A stretch of DNA of 64,000 bases from Octopus sinensis (GCF_006345805.1 NC_043009.1:53258001-53322000), one strand, 5' to 3'; shown: positions 1 to 13,207, counted from the first letter of the stretch. Program-made: numbers and translations. Notes: generated by a model from the sequence alone, not told the origin.

Positions 1-18
1 ATATATATATATATACAG

Positions 19-51
<33 letters not shown>

Positions 52-123
52 GTATATATATATATATCCATATATATATATATATATATAATATATCTAC
101 ATATATATATATATTATATATAG

Positions 124-154
<31 letters not shown>

Positions 155-221
155 CAATATATATATATACATATATATAATACATACCTATATATATATA
201 TATACATATATATATACATAC

Positions 222-252
<31 letters not shown>

Positions 253-1243
253 GACAGATATATTATATGTAGATATATTGTATATATATACATATATATA
301 TATATGTATATATATTGTATATATATACATATATATATATATACATATATATATATATGTATATATATTTGATTATATACACATACTCAGAAATATATTT
401 ACTTATGCACATATGAATGCTTACAGTTATACCAAATATGAGCCTGTATGATCGCCTGTACGTGTGCATGCGTGTTTATGTGTTTATGGGGTACGTAGAT
501 ATATTTGTTAGTGGGTTAGGGGTAAGAATTTGAGATTTCAAAATAAGGGACAGTGTTTCCATATTTAAATGTTTGATCGACTCCTTTTCTGGCAGAGAAG
601 ACCTCTACACAGAAGCACTTACACGCAGGTACTCAGAGGCACACACACAAGGACACACACAGAGGCACACACACACGCGCACACACACACACAGGCACAC
701 ACATATTCACACACACGTGCTCACACACAAGGACACATTCAGACACACACACACACACACATGCACGCACATGCACACATAAAGAAAAATATTTCTATGC
801 AATTGTCGATGTATTCATGAGTACTTTGGATCTAGATGCATGCATATAGGTACTTTTATGTGTATACCCATCCCTCCACCAATTTATATATATATATATA
901 TATAAACACACATATATATATATGCATACATTACATATATATATATACATATATATATATAAACACACATATATATATATGCATACATTACATATATATA
1001 CATAGAGATGTATTATATATGATATATATGTATGTACGTGTATTATATATATATATATATATATAGATATATATATATATATGTATATTATATATATATA
1101 TGAAATATATATACATATATAAAATATAAATATATGTGTATATATATGCATATATGTATACGCCATGCATATCATTTACCAAATATATACAGAAATATGT
1201 ATGTATGTATGTATGTATGTATAATATATATATATATATGATA

Positions 1244-1286
<43 letters not shown>

Positions 1287-1637
1287 CATACATATATATA
1301 ATGTATAATATATGTATATATATGTGCATAAAAATATACATGCATATACAGGTACGCCACACACACATATGTGGATCCATTCCTTCGTACGCATCCTCGA
1401 ATCTTTTGTCATATATTCTTCCCCGTCTGTCTTCTATATTCCGTTTCTTACTCACTGGATACTGTCTTTATTTCTGTAATCGCCTACACCAATACACACT
1501 CGTTCATACATCATTAAATGCACACACATATACAATACACACACACACACATATATATACATACAAATATTTATACGTATATATATATATACATATATAT
1601 ATATACATATATGTATAGCCATATACATATATATTGC

Positions 1638-1672
<35 letters not shown>

Positions 1673-1913
1673 CATATATACACACACATATATATGCGTA
1701 TATACATACATACATATAAGATATATCTTGTGTGCCTGTATGCATGCATCTTTATTGGCGTAACTTTTGCTTTATTATTCTAAGAATATATTTATGAGAT
1801 TCAGTAAATTCAGTAAATTTGGTATGCAACTGGTGCTACATTTGACACCCATTTGCCATATATATTATGTATATATAATATATATATATATATATAGATA
1901 TATATATCAGTAT

Positions 1914-1944
<31 letters not shown>

Positions 1945-2135
1945 TTATATTATATATAATATATATCCATATATATATATGTATAATATATATATATATA
2001 TATTATATTATATATCTATCCATATATATATGTATATATATTATATTATATATATTATACATATATACATATATACACTATATATATATCTATATATATA
2101 TATATATATAGATATATATACATATATATATAAGT
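1..2135. repeat. Compound (TA)n/(CA)n/(TATG)n microsatellite field (similar fields at about 10300-10660, 27980-28680, 38700-39900, 44510-44750 and 48930-49730)
   Basis: Directly visible dinucleotide and tetranucleotide runs. They are the source of the many YI/HT/CV-rich spurious ORFs. Confidence 0.97.
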
Positions 2136-2174
2136 TATTATAATGAAGTCTAACCAAATAATGATACTTTGGAA

Positions 2175-2228
2175 GCGTATAATACGTACGTTTCTGATCA
2201 TTGCGTAGTATCTTCAGTTAATATACGC
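2175..2228 (-). ncRNA. Degenerate type I hammerhead-like motif
   Basis: Minus strand: gcgtatatTAA CTGAAGA tactacgcaatgatca GAA ACGTACGT A / TTAtacgc. Core, stem III and a bulged stem I are present. Stem II barely pairs. Confidence 0.5.
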
Positions 2229-3716
2229 ACGCGCTCACACACACACACACACACACGCATGCACCACACACACACATATAAATATATATATAGAGAGAGA
2301 GGTGTATATGTGGAATGATATAGCCTTACTATACTTTTGTAAGTTCTCTTTTGTTCTCTTTTCAGCCTTTTTTCATTTTTTTTTTTCATTCGTTTATTCA
2401 TCTATTCCTTTATATCTATATTCCTTCATACATTTAATTCTGTTATTTATTCTTCCTGCATATTATTCCTATATTTATAGCCATCTATTTTCAAATATCT
2501 ATACTCCGTTATTTTCGTTATTTAATCCTATATTCTGTTGTCCTCCTTTGCTCTTTTACGTCTCTTATTCTTTTTCATTCTTGTATATACTCATTGTTGT
2601 ATACATTCATAAATATATTTCTTGATATCATTCTATCAAACCTATATTTATTCATATATATATATGTACTTGTTTTACTCCTTTATATTCTTTCCTAATT
2701 TGCATCATTATTCTTTAATTCTATTCTTTCATTCTTTGATATTATTCTTTCATTCCGCTATAATATTACTCCATTCTATTTCTCTATTCCTTTTAATGTA
2801 ATCTTCTATTCCTTCAATTTATATTTTCTTTATACTAAGCACCTGTTTTAATACGTTTTAAATTCTCTCCTACATACACCGTTAACAGTTATCGATTGGT
2901 AGAATCTTTTTAGAGCATTGAACAAAATTCATTCATTGAAATATATATTTTCACCCTGTGCGTTCTAAGTTCAAATCCCACTGAGATCAATTCCGCCTTT
3001 CATCTTTTCGGAAACAATAAAATATTGCACCAGTCACGTATTAGGGATCGATGTAATCGACTGTACCACTCCTTTGAAATTATTATACACACCGTTGTTT
3101 TTAGTCTAATATACAACATTATATACATCATCTTAATGACAGATTCCCAGCAAGACTACTATCACCTTCCAAATCGCACCACCCCCACTTATGCCGCATA
3201 CATCCTGCTCTAATCAAATACTTAATTTTTTCTTCTCACGACCTTCATTTCTCTGGTATTAATCCCTTCCAGTTTTCCTACGCATGTCAACTACTAAAAT
3301 ACGTCGAAATATGGCGATATCTCCAGTAACACACGAACAAAACAAATGTTACTGGCACTAGTTTTTTTCCTTCTGAAAAAAAAGATGAATAAAGAAAGCA
3401 AAATTATGACAAAACAAACCTTAAAGGCCTTCATCCAAACACCGCCAATGCTCCGTTTTATCAACATTTGTTAAAACATTCATTTCCAAACCATCAAATC
3501 TCTGAAACACTCCATTCTTTCTGTTACACTTTTGCTAACAATATCGGTTTACAGAAGTTTAAGATGAAAATCATGCTTTTAACCTTCCCTAATGTAAAGA
3601 CCAACTTGTTTGTTTTAATATACATAAACTGGAATATGTAAATGTGTTAATGCAAGAACTGAGCATTGAAAAGGGCTCTACATTATCGTAACGTAGAGTC
3701 CTTGGGACAGGCCACT

Positions 3717-3957
3717 GTCTTAATGCAATAACTAAACATAGTCTTATGCAAGAATTAGACAGTGTCTTAATAGATGAAGTGAACATTGTTTATATACGAG
3801 GAATAAACACTCTCCTAATGCAAAGACTGGAGACTGTCTTGTTGCAAGGACTGGACGACGTTTAGATACAAGTACTCGACAATGTTTTAATATGAAGACT
3901 AAATATATTGTCTTGTTACAAAATCTGGACGATGTCTTAACGCCAGGAATGGATATC
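3717..3957. repeat. Diverged 24-bp minisatellite (10 units)
   Basis: Unit starts at 3717, 3741, 3764, 3788, 3812, 3836, 3860, 3884, 3910 and 3934. Consensus is approximately GTCTTAATRCAARGACTGGACAAT. Confidence 0.8.
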
Positions 3958-4884
3958 TAAGCTTAATACAAACATCACTCAGATGATGTTCACACTGAAT
4001 ATCTGGTGCCTCAAACTCACTGATTTGATAGGCTTCAGCTATGTTTAATGTCCGCTCTCCTGAAAAAAAAAAAATTAAAAAAAGAAAACCAACCAAGAAA
4101 CCATTAATTGTTATCCGCCATTTATAATTACCAGTCAGCCCTATATTTATACTCTAGTTTTACTGATTCCTTAATTTCTATTCTTGCATTCTTTTATTCT
4201 TGACTAAAACCATAAAAAACAAAAAAAGAAACCCATGCTTCCCCAATTCTAATCCGTAATTCCTTTATTTATTCCTTTATATCAATTCTCCAATAATTTA
4301 TATTCTTTCAAATTGCTATTAATTTATTTCTTTATTTCTAACCAACCCATAAAATAACAATATTATTCAAATATTATTATTTTTTCATTAAAAAAATAAA
4401 AAAAAATAATTTTATTCCTTAATTATTATTTATTCTTTTATTCCTGGACTCACTCATTCGTTCATTTATTCATTTCCCCCCCACCCCTATCCATTCCATT
4501 ACCCTCGTTATAGAGACAATATGTTGAAATGAAACTGTGCGCAATCATTGAAACGTGGAATAGCACCAAATAGCAACTATGTGTGTGTGTGTGTGTGTGG
4601 TGTGTGTGTGTGTGTGTGGTGTGTGTGTGTGTGAGGCTGTATGTCCGCGTGTCTGTGTGTGCATACGTTGGTGTGTGTGTGTGTGTGTGTGTGTGAATCT
4701 GTGTATGTGGCAAAAAAAACCCAGCAGCATATCCACCACCATCACTGCAGCAGTACCCCCTCCCACGCCACCCCCTCCAACGCAATCATCCCGTTCCAGC
4801 ACCAACACTACACACCTTACTGAAATAGTCCGACCCTCTCCCCACCCTCATATTTAATTTGCCCATTGTCATTCTTTCGCATTT

Positions 4885-5538
4885 ATCAGTCCTCGTCCTC
4901 CTCCTCCTCCTCCTCATCATCATCATCATCACCATCACCATCACCACCACCATCATCATCATCATCGTCGTCGTCGTCGTTGTCATCATCGTCTTCATCT
5001 TCATCCTTACAGCCTCCTCCACATCCTCCAAATCCTTCTCCTCATCATTATCATTACCATCCTTCTCTTCCTTCTCCTCTTCTTTCTTCTCCTTCTCCTC
5101 CTCCTCCTCCCCATCATCATCATCATCATTGCCATCGCATGGTCATCATCATCATCACCTCTCCTGATTATTATTATTGTTACCATCACCATCATCATAA
5201 ATATTCTTACCATGATCAGGATTATCATCATTATCATCGTCATAGATTACACCACCAAAACCACCACCACCACCACCACCACCACTACCATCATCACCAC
5301 CACCACCATCATTATCATCATCATCGACATCAACATCACCAACATCATCATCATCATCATCATCATTGTCGTCATCGTCGTCGTCATCGTCGTCGTCATT
5401 GTCATCGTCGTCGTCATTGTCATCGTCGTTGTCATGATCATCATCGTCATTGTTGTCATCTTTACCAAGTCGTCGACGCTGTCATCACTTTTATCAATGA
5501 CGTCATCATCGTCATAATCATCGTCATCGTCATCATCG

Positions 5539-5573
<35 letters not shown>

Positions 5574-5830
5574 TTCCTCCTCATCTTTATCATCATCTTC
5601 CTCCTCATCTTTATCATCATCTTTATAATCAATTATATCATCATTTTCAGTACCCCTTTCTTCCACCTCACCATCATCACTGATACAGCCTTTATATCTC
5701 ATTGGCATCGTGACCGATATCAAATCCTGAAAACCTCGAAACCCATCCTTCCTCATCAGTTCCATCGCTGTAACGAAGGGGCCATTAGCCATCAAAATGA
5801 TAATTAAGACCACCACCACCACCACCACTG
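4885..5830. repeat. Compound trinucleotide low-complexity tract (TCC, CAT, CAC, CGT)
   Basis: Directly visible interleaved trinucleotide runs. Confidence 0.9.
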
Positions 5831-6047
5831 CCTTCGCCACCGCCACAGCAAACTCAACCTCCGTCTCGCTACTGTAACGTTCTCCATAACAGTAATATAC
5901 TGAGGTACATGTCAACAACAATGCTTCTACTTCATCACTCTACCGACCGGCCAGAAATAGCAGCCAGTTCTCTATCAAATTCCACTTTAAACTTTACAAA
6001 AAAAGAAAAAAAATATGACGAGGTAGGCAAATATGGAGTGCGTTTAA

Positions 6048-6262
6048 AGGCGGCGAGCTGGCAGAACGTTAGCACGCCGGGCAAAATGCCTAGTTGTATT
6101 TCGTCTGTCTTTATGTTCTGAGTTCAAATTCCGCCGAGGTCGACTTTGCCTTTCATTCTTTCGGGGTCGATAAATTAAGTACCACTCGCGCACTGGGGTC
6201 GATCTAATCGACTGGCTCCCTCCCTACAAAATTTCGGCCCTTGTGCCTAGAGTAGAAAAAAA
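6048..6262 (+). mobile_element. tRNA-derived SINE, local family A, with 19-bp TSD
   Basis: AGGCGGCGAGCTGGCAGAA...GAGTTCAAATTCC (B-box)...A-rich tail. AAATATGGAGTGCGTTTAA is duplicated at 6029-6047 and 6263-6281. Confidence 0.9.
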
Positions 6263-7403
6263 AAATATGGAGTGCGTTTAATCAATCGTCCACCAGGTCA
6301 ATCTTGACTCAGAGCTAATGAAAATAAAATATAACAAAAACAATAACAACATCAATAGCAGCAGCAGCAGTAGCTGAAACTACAGCAAGGATCCGTGTGG
6401 TTAACTGTCTGTAACTCTAAGAAAGCATTCGCTTCTAAATAGAAGAGAATACCTTTTTAAAGTTGGTGATAGCATTTCAATTAACGACACTAGGAAAGTT
6501 GTGCGTGTGTACATCTCCATTAGTAAGAAGGTACCAGTAATATAATGAGGTAGAATGTATATGTCCATATTGAGGATTAAGTAATGAATTGGTAGAGTCT
6601 TTGGAGAGATAGAAAGAAAACCTCAAAGTAGTTTGTTTTCATACAGTTTTGCACAGTGCTCAAATCCCGCCGAGGTCAACTCAGTTTTTTTGTCATTTCA
6701 GGGTCAACAAGTAAGTGGTAATCCAAGGCGACGGATTGGTAGATTTGTTAGAAGGTTGGGCATGTTGCTTTACGGCATCTCTACCGGCTCTTTACGTTCT
6801 GGCTGCAATGTAAGTGGGGACTTTCATGTTAAATTGTATCAACCTTTGGGTAAATATCGGTAGTATGGAAACTATGCATGCATAGGTAACTGATAGTCTT
6901 CAACGAAATGAAAAAATAAATACCTTGCTTACACCATCCCAAGCATGAGCAAATGCATGGTTAATCACAAGCAATATCTAGGCCTCTAGACATGGAATAT
7001 GTGTATACCTATTATATCAAAACCTCTGTATCTATGTTCAAATATAAAAGTGTCTATAACAGGTTCGTTGATGTCGTTTTCGGTATTGTTTGTTCTGCTG
7101 TTATTGTTGTTCTTCTTCTTCCAATCAAGACTCACGCCATTAGCCACAAAGAATAATCTCTAATTCGAGTCTACTCTAAGCTACTAAGAATGCGTGTGGC
7201 AGAAGACGAGATGTTCACCGGTAGAATTCTTTTAAACATCGGCCCGCTCCATGAGGGATGACATTATGCTAAATAACAGCAATAACAGCGACCTCAACAG
7301 CTAGTAGTTCTCTTGAAATGGCATTGAGAAATCGCAACAAAAAAATAAAGTTCCATTTACACACACAGAGACACAAACACACACAGGCACACACACACAC
7401 ACA

Positions 7404-7451
<48 letters not shown>

Positions 7452-7893
7452 GCACACACAAAGCGGCGGAGGAAAAACGCAAGGAAAAGAGAACTCGAAA
7501 ATTTCTAGAATGCCGCAACCTCCAGTTTCGTCTACCCATTTCAAATATAATTACTAGCGCATTAATTAATTCATTAATTAATCATGATCCACAGATGAAT
7601 ACCTCTGATTGAGTCCGACTAGTTTAGCAAAAATTCAAACGGAAACAATAACTGTTATTTGTAAATTTTTTTTCATAGTCGTCAAAATTATTTGTTGTTT
7701 TGTACTCAATGTTTGCGATAAAATACAACCAATTTATATCAGCATGTATCGTTGGTGTTGTCAGCGTCAGCGTGCCGTTGTTGTTGCTGTTATTGTCACC
7801 ATTCTTGTTATTTCTGTTGTTATTATCACTGTCATTATTGTTATTATTATTACTATTATTATTATTATTATTATTATTACTCTTATTATAATA

Positions 7894-7924
<31 letters not shown>

Positions 7925-8120
7925 TATCATAATGTTATTAATATTACTATTATTATTATTATTATTGTTATTATTATTACTCTTATTATAATGTTATTAT
8001 TATTATTATTACTGTTATTATAATATTATTATTATTACTATTATTATAGCTGTTCTTATTGTTGTTGTTACTGCTGTTGTTATTATCTTACGTTTTTTTC
8101 TCAATAATATTCTTGTTAAT

Positions 8121-8272
8121 GTCTTTATGTTCTGAGTTCAAATTCCGCCTAGCTCGCCTTTGCCTTTCGTCTTTTCGGGGTCGATAAATTAATACCAGTT
8201 GCGTACTGGAGTCGATCGAATCGACTGGCTCCCTCCCCAAAAATTTTGGCTTTTTGCCTCGCGTAGAAAAGA
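8121..8272 (+). mobile_element. SINE family A, 5'-truncated (other partial copies at about 2955-3065, 6650-6710, 12722-12850, 47304-47520 and 61915-62045)
   Basis: gttctgagttcaaattccgcc...tttgcctttc..ctttcggggtcgataaatta..taccag...actggggtcgat.taatcgact core. Confidence 0.85.
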
Positions 8273-8320
8273 GTATTCTTGCTACTGCCATAATTTATGC
8301 AGTGTTATTGCTATTGTTGT

Positions 8321-8565
8321 GGAGGCGCGTGGCTTAGTGGTTAGGGTATCAGCATCATGATCGTAAGATTGTGGTTTCGATTCCTGGACCGAGCGACGCG
8401 TTGTGTTCTTGAGCAAAACACTTCATTTCACGTTGCTCCAGTCCACTCAGCTGGCAAAAGTGAGTAACGCTGCGATGGACTGGCATCCTGTCCAGCTGGG
8501 GAACACATATGCCATTGAAACCGGGAAACCGGGCCCATGAGTCTGGCTAGACTTTAAAAGGGCGC
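8321..8565 (+). mobile_element. tRNA-derived SINE, local family B
   Basis: GGAGGCGCGTGGCTTAGTGGTTAGGG (A-box)...GGTTTCGATTCC (B-box), then gtgttcttgagcaaaacacttcatttcac, a CORE-like central domain. Confidence 0.85.
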
Positions 8566-9480
8566 AATTATTTATTACTATTGTTATTATTGCTAATATT
8601 ATTGCTGTTACCATTGTCATAGCATAAATTTTCTTATCAATATTCTTTTACTATTTTTATTACTGTTATTATTACTCCTGTTTCTGTTATTATTGCGTCA
8701 TTTTTCTCATTGATATTCTTTGCGGTGTTATTACTATTGTTATTACTATTGTTATTACTTCTGTTATCATCGTTGTTATTGCATAATTTTTCTCATTAAT
8801 ATTCTTTCTATTGCCGCTGTTATTATTATTGCTATTGTTCCTACTGTTGTTGTCATTGTTATTGCTGTTGTTGTTGTTGCCGTTGTTATTATTATTGTTA
8901 TTATCGCTGTTCTCTTTATTATTCTTGCTGTTACTGTTGTGGTCAATGTTCTTTTTGTTCTTGTATTTAATATTGTTTTCACTGGTGGTGGAGAAATGAC
9001 AGAACTGTCAAAGCGTCCAACAGAATGCCTTGCAGTGTACGTTCCGGCAGCCCTCTGAGCCTTAAGTTCAATCTCCACTGAAGCCAACATTTACCTACCA
9101 TCCATCTGAGGTCGATGTATAAACTGCGGGCGCAACTGTCTTTTAGTACAGCCCCGAGCCGATCAAAGCCTTGTGAATGAATTTGGTAGACGGAAACTGA
9201 AAGAAGTCCGTCGTACTCCGCCCCACATACACACGCGCACGTGTGTGGTGTGTGTGTGTGTGTGTGCGTGTGTGCGAACATGCACGTGTGTGTTTGTGTT
9301 TATCGCTCACTACTGCTAGACAACCGGAGTTCAATTATTTGCCTGCTCGTGCACTAGTGGTTCGACAAAAGAGACCAATAAATTAAATATTAAGTATCAA
9401 GCTTAAAAAAAAATGGATCGATTTATTCGCTCGAAACCGTTAGGGTGGTACCCCAGCATTGCTGCAGTCTAATGATTCGA

Positions 9481-9790
9481 ACTGGCGCTCTGTCGGCTAC
9501 AACGACGAGATACAATAGATCCGACCAACGGAACAAAACTTGCTCGTGAAATTAACGCGCATGTGCCTGAGCACTCCTACAGACAAGAATACCCTTGATT
9601 TAGTTTTCAGGGAGATTCAGCGTGACACGGAGGGTGACAAGGCCGGCCTTTGAAACACAAGTGCAACTAATTTTTTTCCAGCCGAGTGAACTGGAGCAAC
9701 GTGAAATAAAGTGTCTTGCTGAAGAACACAACGTGTCACCGGGAATCAAAATGCCGACATCAGGATCGTGAGCCGGATACTCTAACTACA
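9481..9790 (-). mobile_element. SINE with family-B-like 5' half and family-C-like 3' half
   Basis: The 5' half matches the 8321 copy (gttgtgttctt.agcaa.acactt.atttcacgttgctccag). The 3' half matches the 24768 copy (tttcaaagg.ccggccttgtcac...gttaatttcacgag...cgacagagcgc). Confidence 0.7.
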
Positions 9791-10395
9791 AATAAGTAAA
9801 AACTAAAAGCGAACATGTATTTGTTGTGTTATATAAATGTGGAGAATGTGTCGTAGTATATGTGACTAGTATTATATTTGAGATGTGTGTGGTTTGCGCT
9901 AGTGTTTTTAAGGTTGTAACTACGAGTATATATTTCACTTGTTGCTGTTTATGTGTGCTGTATACAGAGTAAAATGCAACGGTTGTATTATTGAATAAAA
10001 AGTGTTACACAGAAAGTAGGTTCTACCTTGCAGGTCTTTTTTATATATTTAACTCTGTGTATAAGTTTATGGGCGCTTGTGTGCTTTTAATGTTTTTTTT
10101 TAATTTGTAAATGTGATTCACTTTACCTCGTGCTCCTGTTTTTTTTTAAATCCATACCCTACTTTCTGTTTTTTCCTTTTCTGTTTCAAGATATTTGCAC
10201 TCTCACAGATTCTAGGTCTCCTTTGTTGCAGGCAATATTTCAAAAGCTCTTCTTCTTCTTCTTCTTCTTCTTCTTCTTCTTCTTCTTCTTCTTCTTCTTC
10301 TTTGTTTGTATGTGTGTGCGTGCGAGCATGTATGTGTGTGTGTGTGTGCGAGCATGTGTGTGTATATGTATGTAAGTATATATATATATATGTAC

Positions 10396-10442
<47 letters not shown>

Positions 10443-10467
10443 TATATGTGTGTATATAGGTATATGT

Positions 10468-10513
<46 letters not shown>

Positions 10514-10587
10514 TATATAATATATACATATATGTATTATATGTGTGTATATAGATATATGTATACATACATACATACATACATACA

Positions 10588-10652
<65 letters not shown>

Positions 10653-10729
10653 ATATATATATCATTCACCATGATTTATCGCTAGCCACTATACTTTTTT
10701 ATTTTCTCTCTCTGCTTGGTTCTGTGTTC

Positions 10730-10765
10730 CTTTCTGTGGAAGATCGTAGGCTCGAAACGTAAAAG
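10730..10765 (+). ncRNA. Degenerate type I hammerhead-like motif
   Basis: CTTT CTGTGGA A GATC gtag GCTC GAA ACGT A / AAAG. Topology is correct, but the core has A6>T and stem II has one mismatch. Confidence 0.4.
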
Positions 10766-11360
10766 ACTTTCTCACTTCCCGAGCGTTAAACTAATACATC
10801 TGTTTGTTGTTTACACAACTATCTTCGTCTTTTGTTTTGTTCTTTTTTTTTATAAATTCCGACTATAATCTATATAATCCTAATGTTTTGAGTTTCTAAT
10901 TTAGATAACGGAGTTTTTTTAATAAGAAAAATTAATATTTTATTTATTTCTTAAAAAATATTGTTTAACTCTATTTGCTTATTTATTTAACGATTATCAT
11001 TAACCTGAAGATTGACTATAATTTTAGTTCGAATTTTATTTCAATTCAATTTAAACTTAATTGTCATTCGAATTTAATTATAGCCATGAAACGTACGTAG
11101 TGTTTTTACTTATATTATATTTATCATTTTTTAATACTTTTTGGGAAAAAAACTTATATATATATATTATTTTCATATATATATATATATTAATTATATC
11201 TATTTATTTGTTATTTATGTATTGGTTTATGTCTATCACTGTTTGAGTTGCCTAATAGTGGTTTTATATCTAATTCATATTTTAAATATATATTATATAT
11301 ATAATATATATATATATATATTAAGTCGTCGAGTATAAAATTTGTAGTAAGATATGTATG

Positions 11361-11396
<36 letters not shown>

Positions 11397-11655
11397 AATA
11401 CATAGATAGATAGAAGGACATGCAAAAGATGTGCGAATGTAACAAATGTATATAGTAGCTCTAAAGAAATGCCAGTGTTGATGTCATTGTGATGGGTGCT
11501 TGTATGTGTATGAGATGTGGGTATATATTTTAGCTTTAATGCAGATAAACAAATTATGTATAACAGCTTGGGTTTGATACACAATATATATATATAAATA
11601 TTTATGTATGTATGAATGTACGTACATATGCATGTATGTATGTATTATGTATGTA

Positions 11656-11697
<42 letters not shown>

Positions 11698-11954
11698 CAT
11701 GCAAACAGACAGGAAGCAAAGACTGAAGATTTTCAGCCGTCATATCTCTTCACCTTGATACTTGTATTCCTCCTATAGCCTCTATCATTACCCCGCGGAA
11801 TTGTTCCCTCGTTTGAATCATTTGAACGCTACAAAGTGTTTTCTATACCAATAATCTCTGGATCTCATCGGTCAACTATATTTTTGTTTTTAAGACAACT
11901 TAACATCGATACTGTTGGTATTCCTATTATATTAGGTGGGTCAGCGTACAGAGT

Positions 11955-12050
11955 TACCCGAGTTTTTACATCCTATTCACTTGAGTCTAACTTAGAACTA
12001 AGGTACGTAAGATCTTGAACGTGACCTATGAGATCTTCTCCGATGTTGTT
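11955..12050 (-). mobile_element. RTE-like RT C-terminal fragment, inverted relative to the adjacent RTE piece
   Basis: Minus strand IGEDLIGHVQDLTYLSSKLDSSE*DVKTR resembles the RTE motif VEDFKYLGS...EKDIKTR. Confidence 0.45.
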
Positions 12051-12139
12051 GATGGATTCTTGTTGATTGTGATAAAAACTCGGATAGCCAAGCAAACTAG
12101 ATGTTGTTTGGAAATTAACCCTGTCAGTCAACCTTAAGA

Positions 12140-12555
12140 GTTCCCCTCCTTTTTATAGACATCACCAATCTGGACGGTTAAAAAAAGACTGAAATCCAAC
12201 TAGATGGAACTTGAATATTAAGAGGAGTCTTAAACATATCTAGAAATCATTCCACTTACAAACGGCTGCAATGGAGATATCTTGTCTGTTTCCAGTATTA
12301 TAAGAGAAAGGCGCTTGCGTTTTGCGATACATTGCTGGAGAGACAAACAAGAGCTGGCAAGTGACTTACTGCTATGAATGCCAAAGCGTAACCGTGCTCG
12401 AGCAGGTCGTCCGAATACAAACGTATGTAGAACAACTCACCAGAGACCCTGGTCACCCGCCCAAACACCTTCCTCATCTTACACAGGACCGAGATGGACG
12501 GTGTATGCGGGTTAACAATATCTGAGCAAGCTCGACCGGATGATGGTGATGATAA
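12140..12555 (+). mobile_element. RTE-clade LINE 3' fragment (decayed)
   Basis: Frames give LDGT..LRGVLNIS, SVSSIIRERRLRFAIHCWRDKQELASDLLL, RPN..YVEQL..D and DRDG, ending in a (TGA)n-like tail. Confidence 0.75.
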
Positions 12556-12648
12556 GTACATAGGGTATCCTTTGTTGACTCATGAATATTTGATGAGGAT
12601 TTAAAAGAGATTGGGAGTAGGGAGAGAGTGGGATCAAGCGAGTGAGAT

Positions 12649-12685
<37 letters not shown>

Positions 12686-13128
12686 AATTATGTAGGAAAA
12701 GGTTAAGTTTAATGAAGAAAGATTCCGCCGAGGTCGACTTTACTTTCCATCCTTTAAGGGTCAATAAATTAAGTTGCAACGAAAAACTGGGGTCGATGTA
12801 ATTGACTAGTCCCCGTCCGCGAAATTTCGGGCCTTGTGCCTTTAGTAAAATGACTGAGACAAGTAGAGAGTGAAAGTGGTACTTTTCACATACACCTGTG
12901 TACACGTATATGTCACAATCAACAAGAATCCACCAGCAACATGTGCGTGTGTATGTGTGTATGTATGTATGAACGTATGTACGTATGTATTTACACACAT
13001 ACATGTATATATACATACATAAACATCTAAAAATTATGCGTTTGTATTTTGGATGTGTATGGAGTTAAAATGCTATGTGGCGTGTCCATGTGTACGCGCA
13101 TATATACATATATATACATACACATATC

Positions 13129-13190
<62 letters not shown>

Positions 13191-13207
13191 GATATGTATA
13201 GTATATG

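Noticed and set aside
97-1763. Numerous 60-160 aa ORFs rich in YI, HT and CV repeats (also throughout the window)
   Set aside because: They are translations of (TA)n, (CA)n and (TACA)n microsatellites, which lack stop codons in some frames. There is no protein signal.
4866-5921. 313-aa Ser/His-rich (+) and 224-aa Asp/Met-rich (-) ORFs; an acceptor-like ttctttcgcatttatcag precedes the + frame
   Set aside because: They are explained by trinucleotide runs and are open on both strands and in several frames. There is no domain, matching donor or neighbouring exon. RNA-seq would be needed to rescue them.
8321-8400. tRNA-like A- and B-boxes (also at 24768, 35346, 20870 and 62285)
   Set aside because: These are SINE heads continuing into SINE bodies, without a complete cloverleaf, so they are not tRNA genes.
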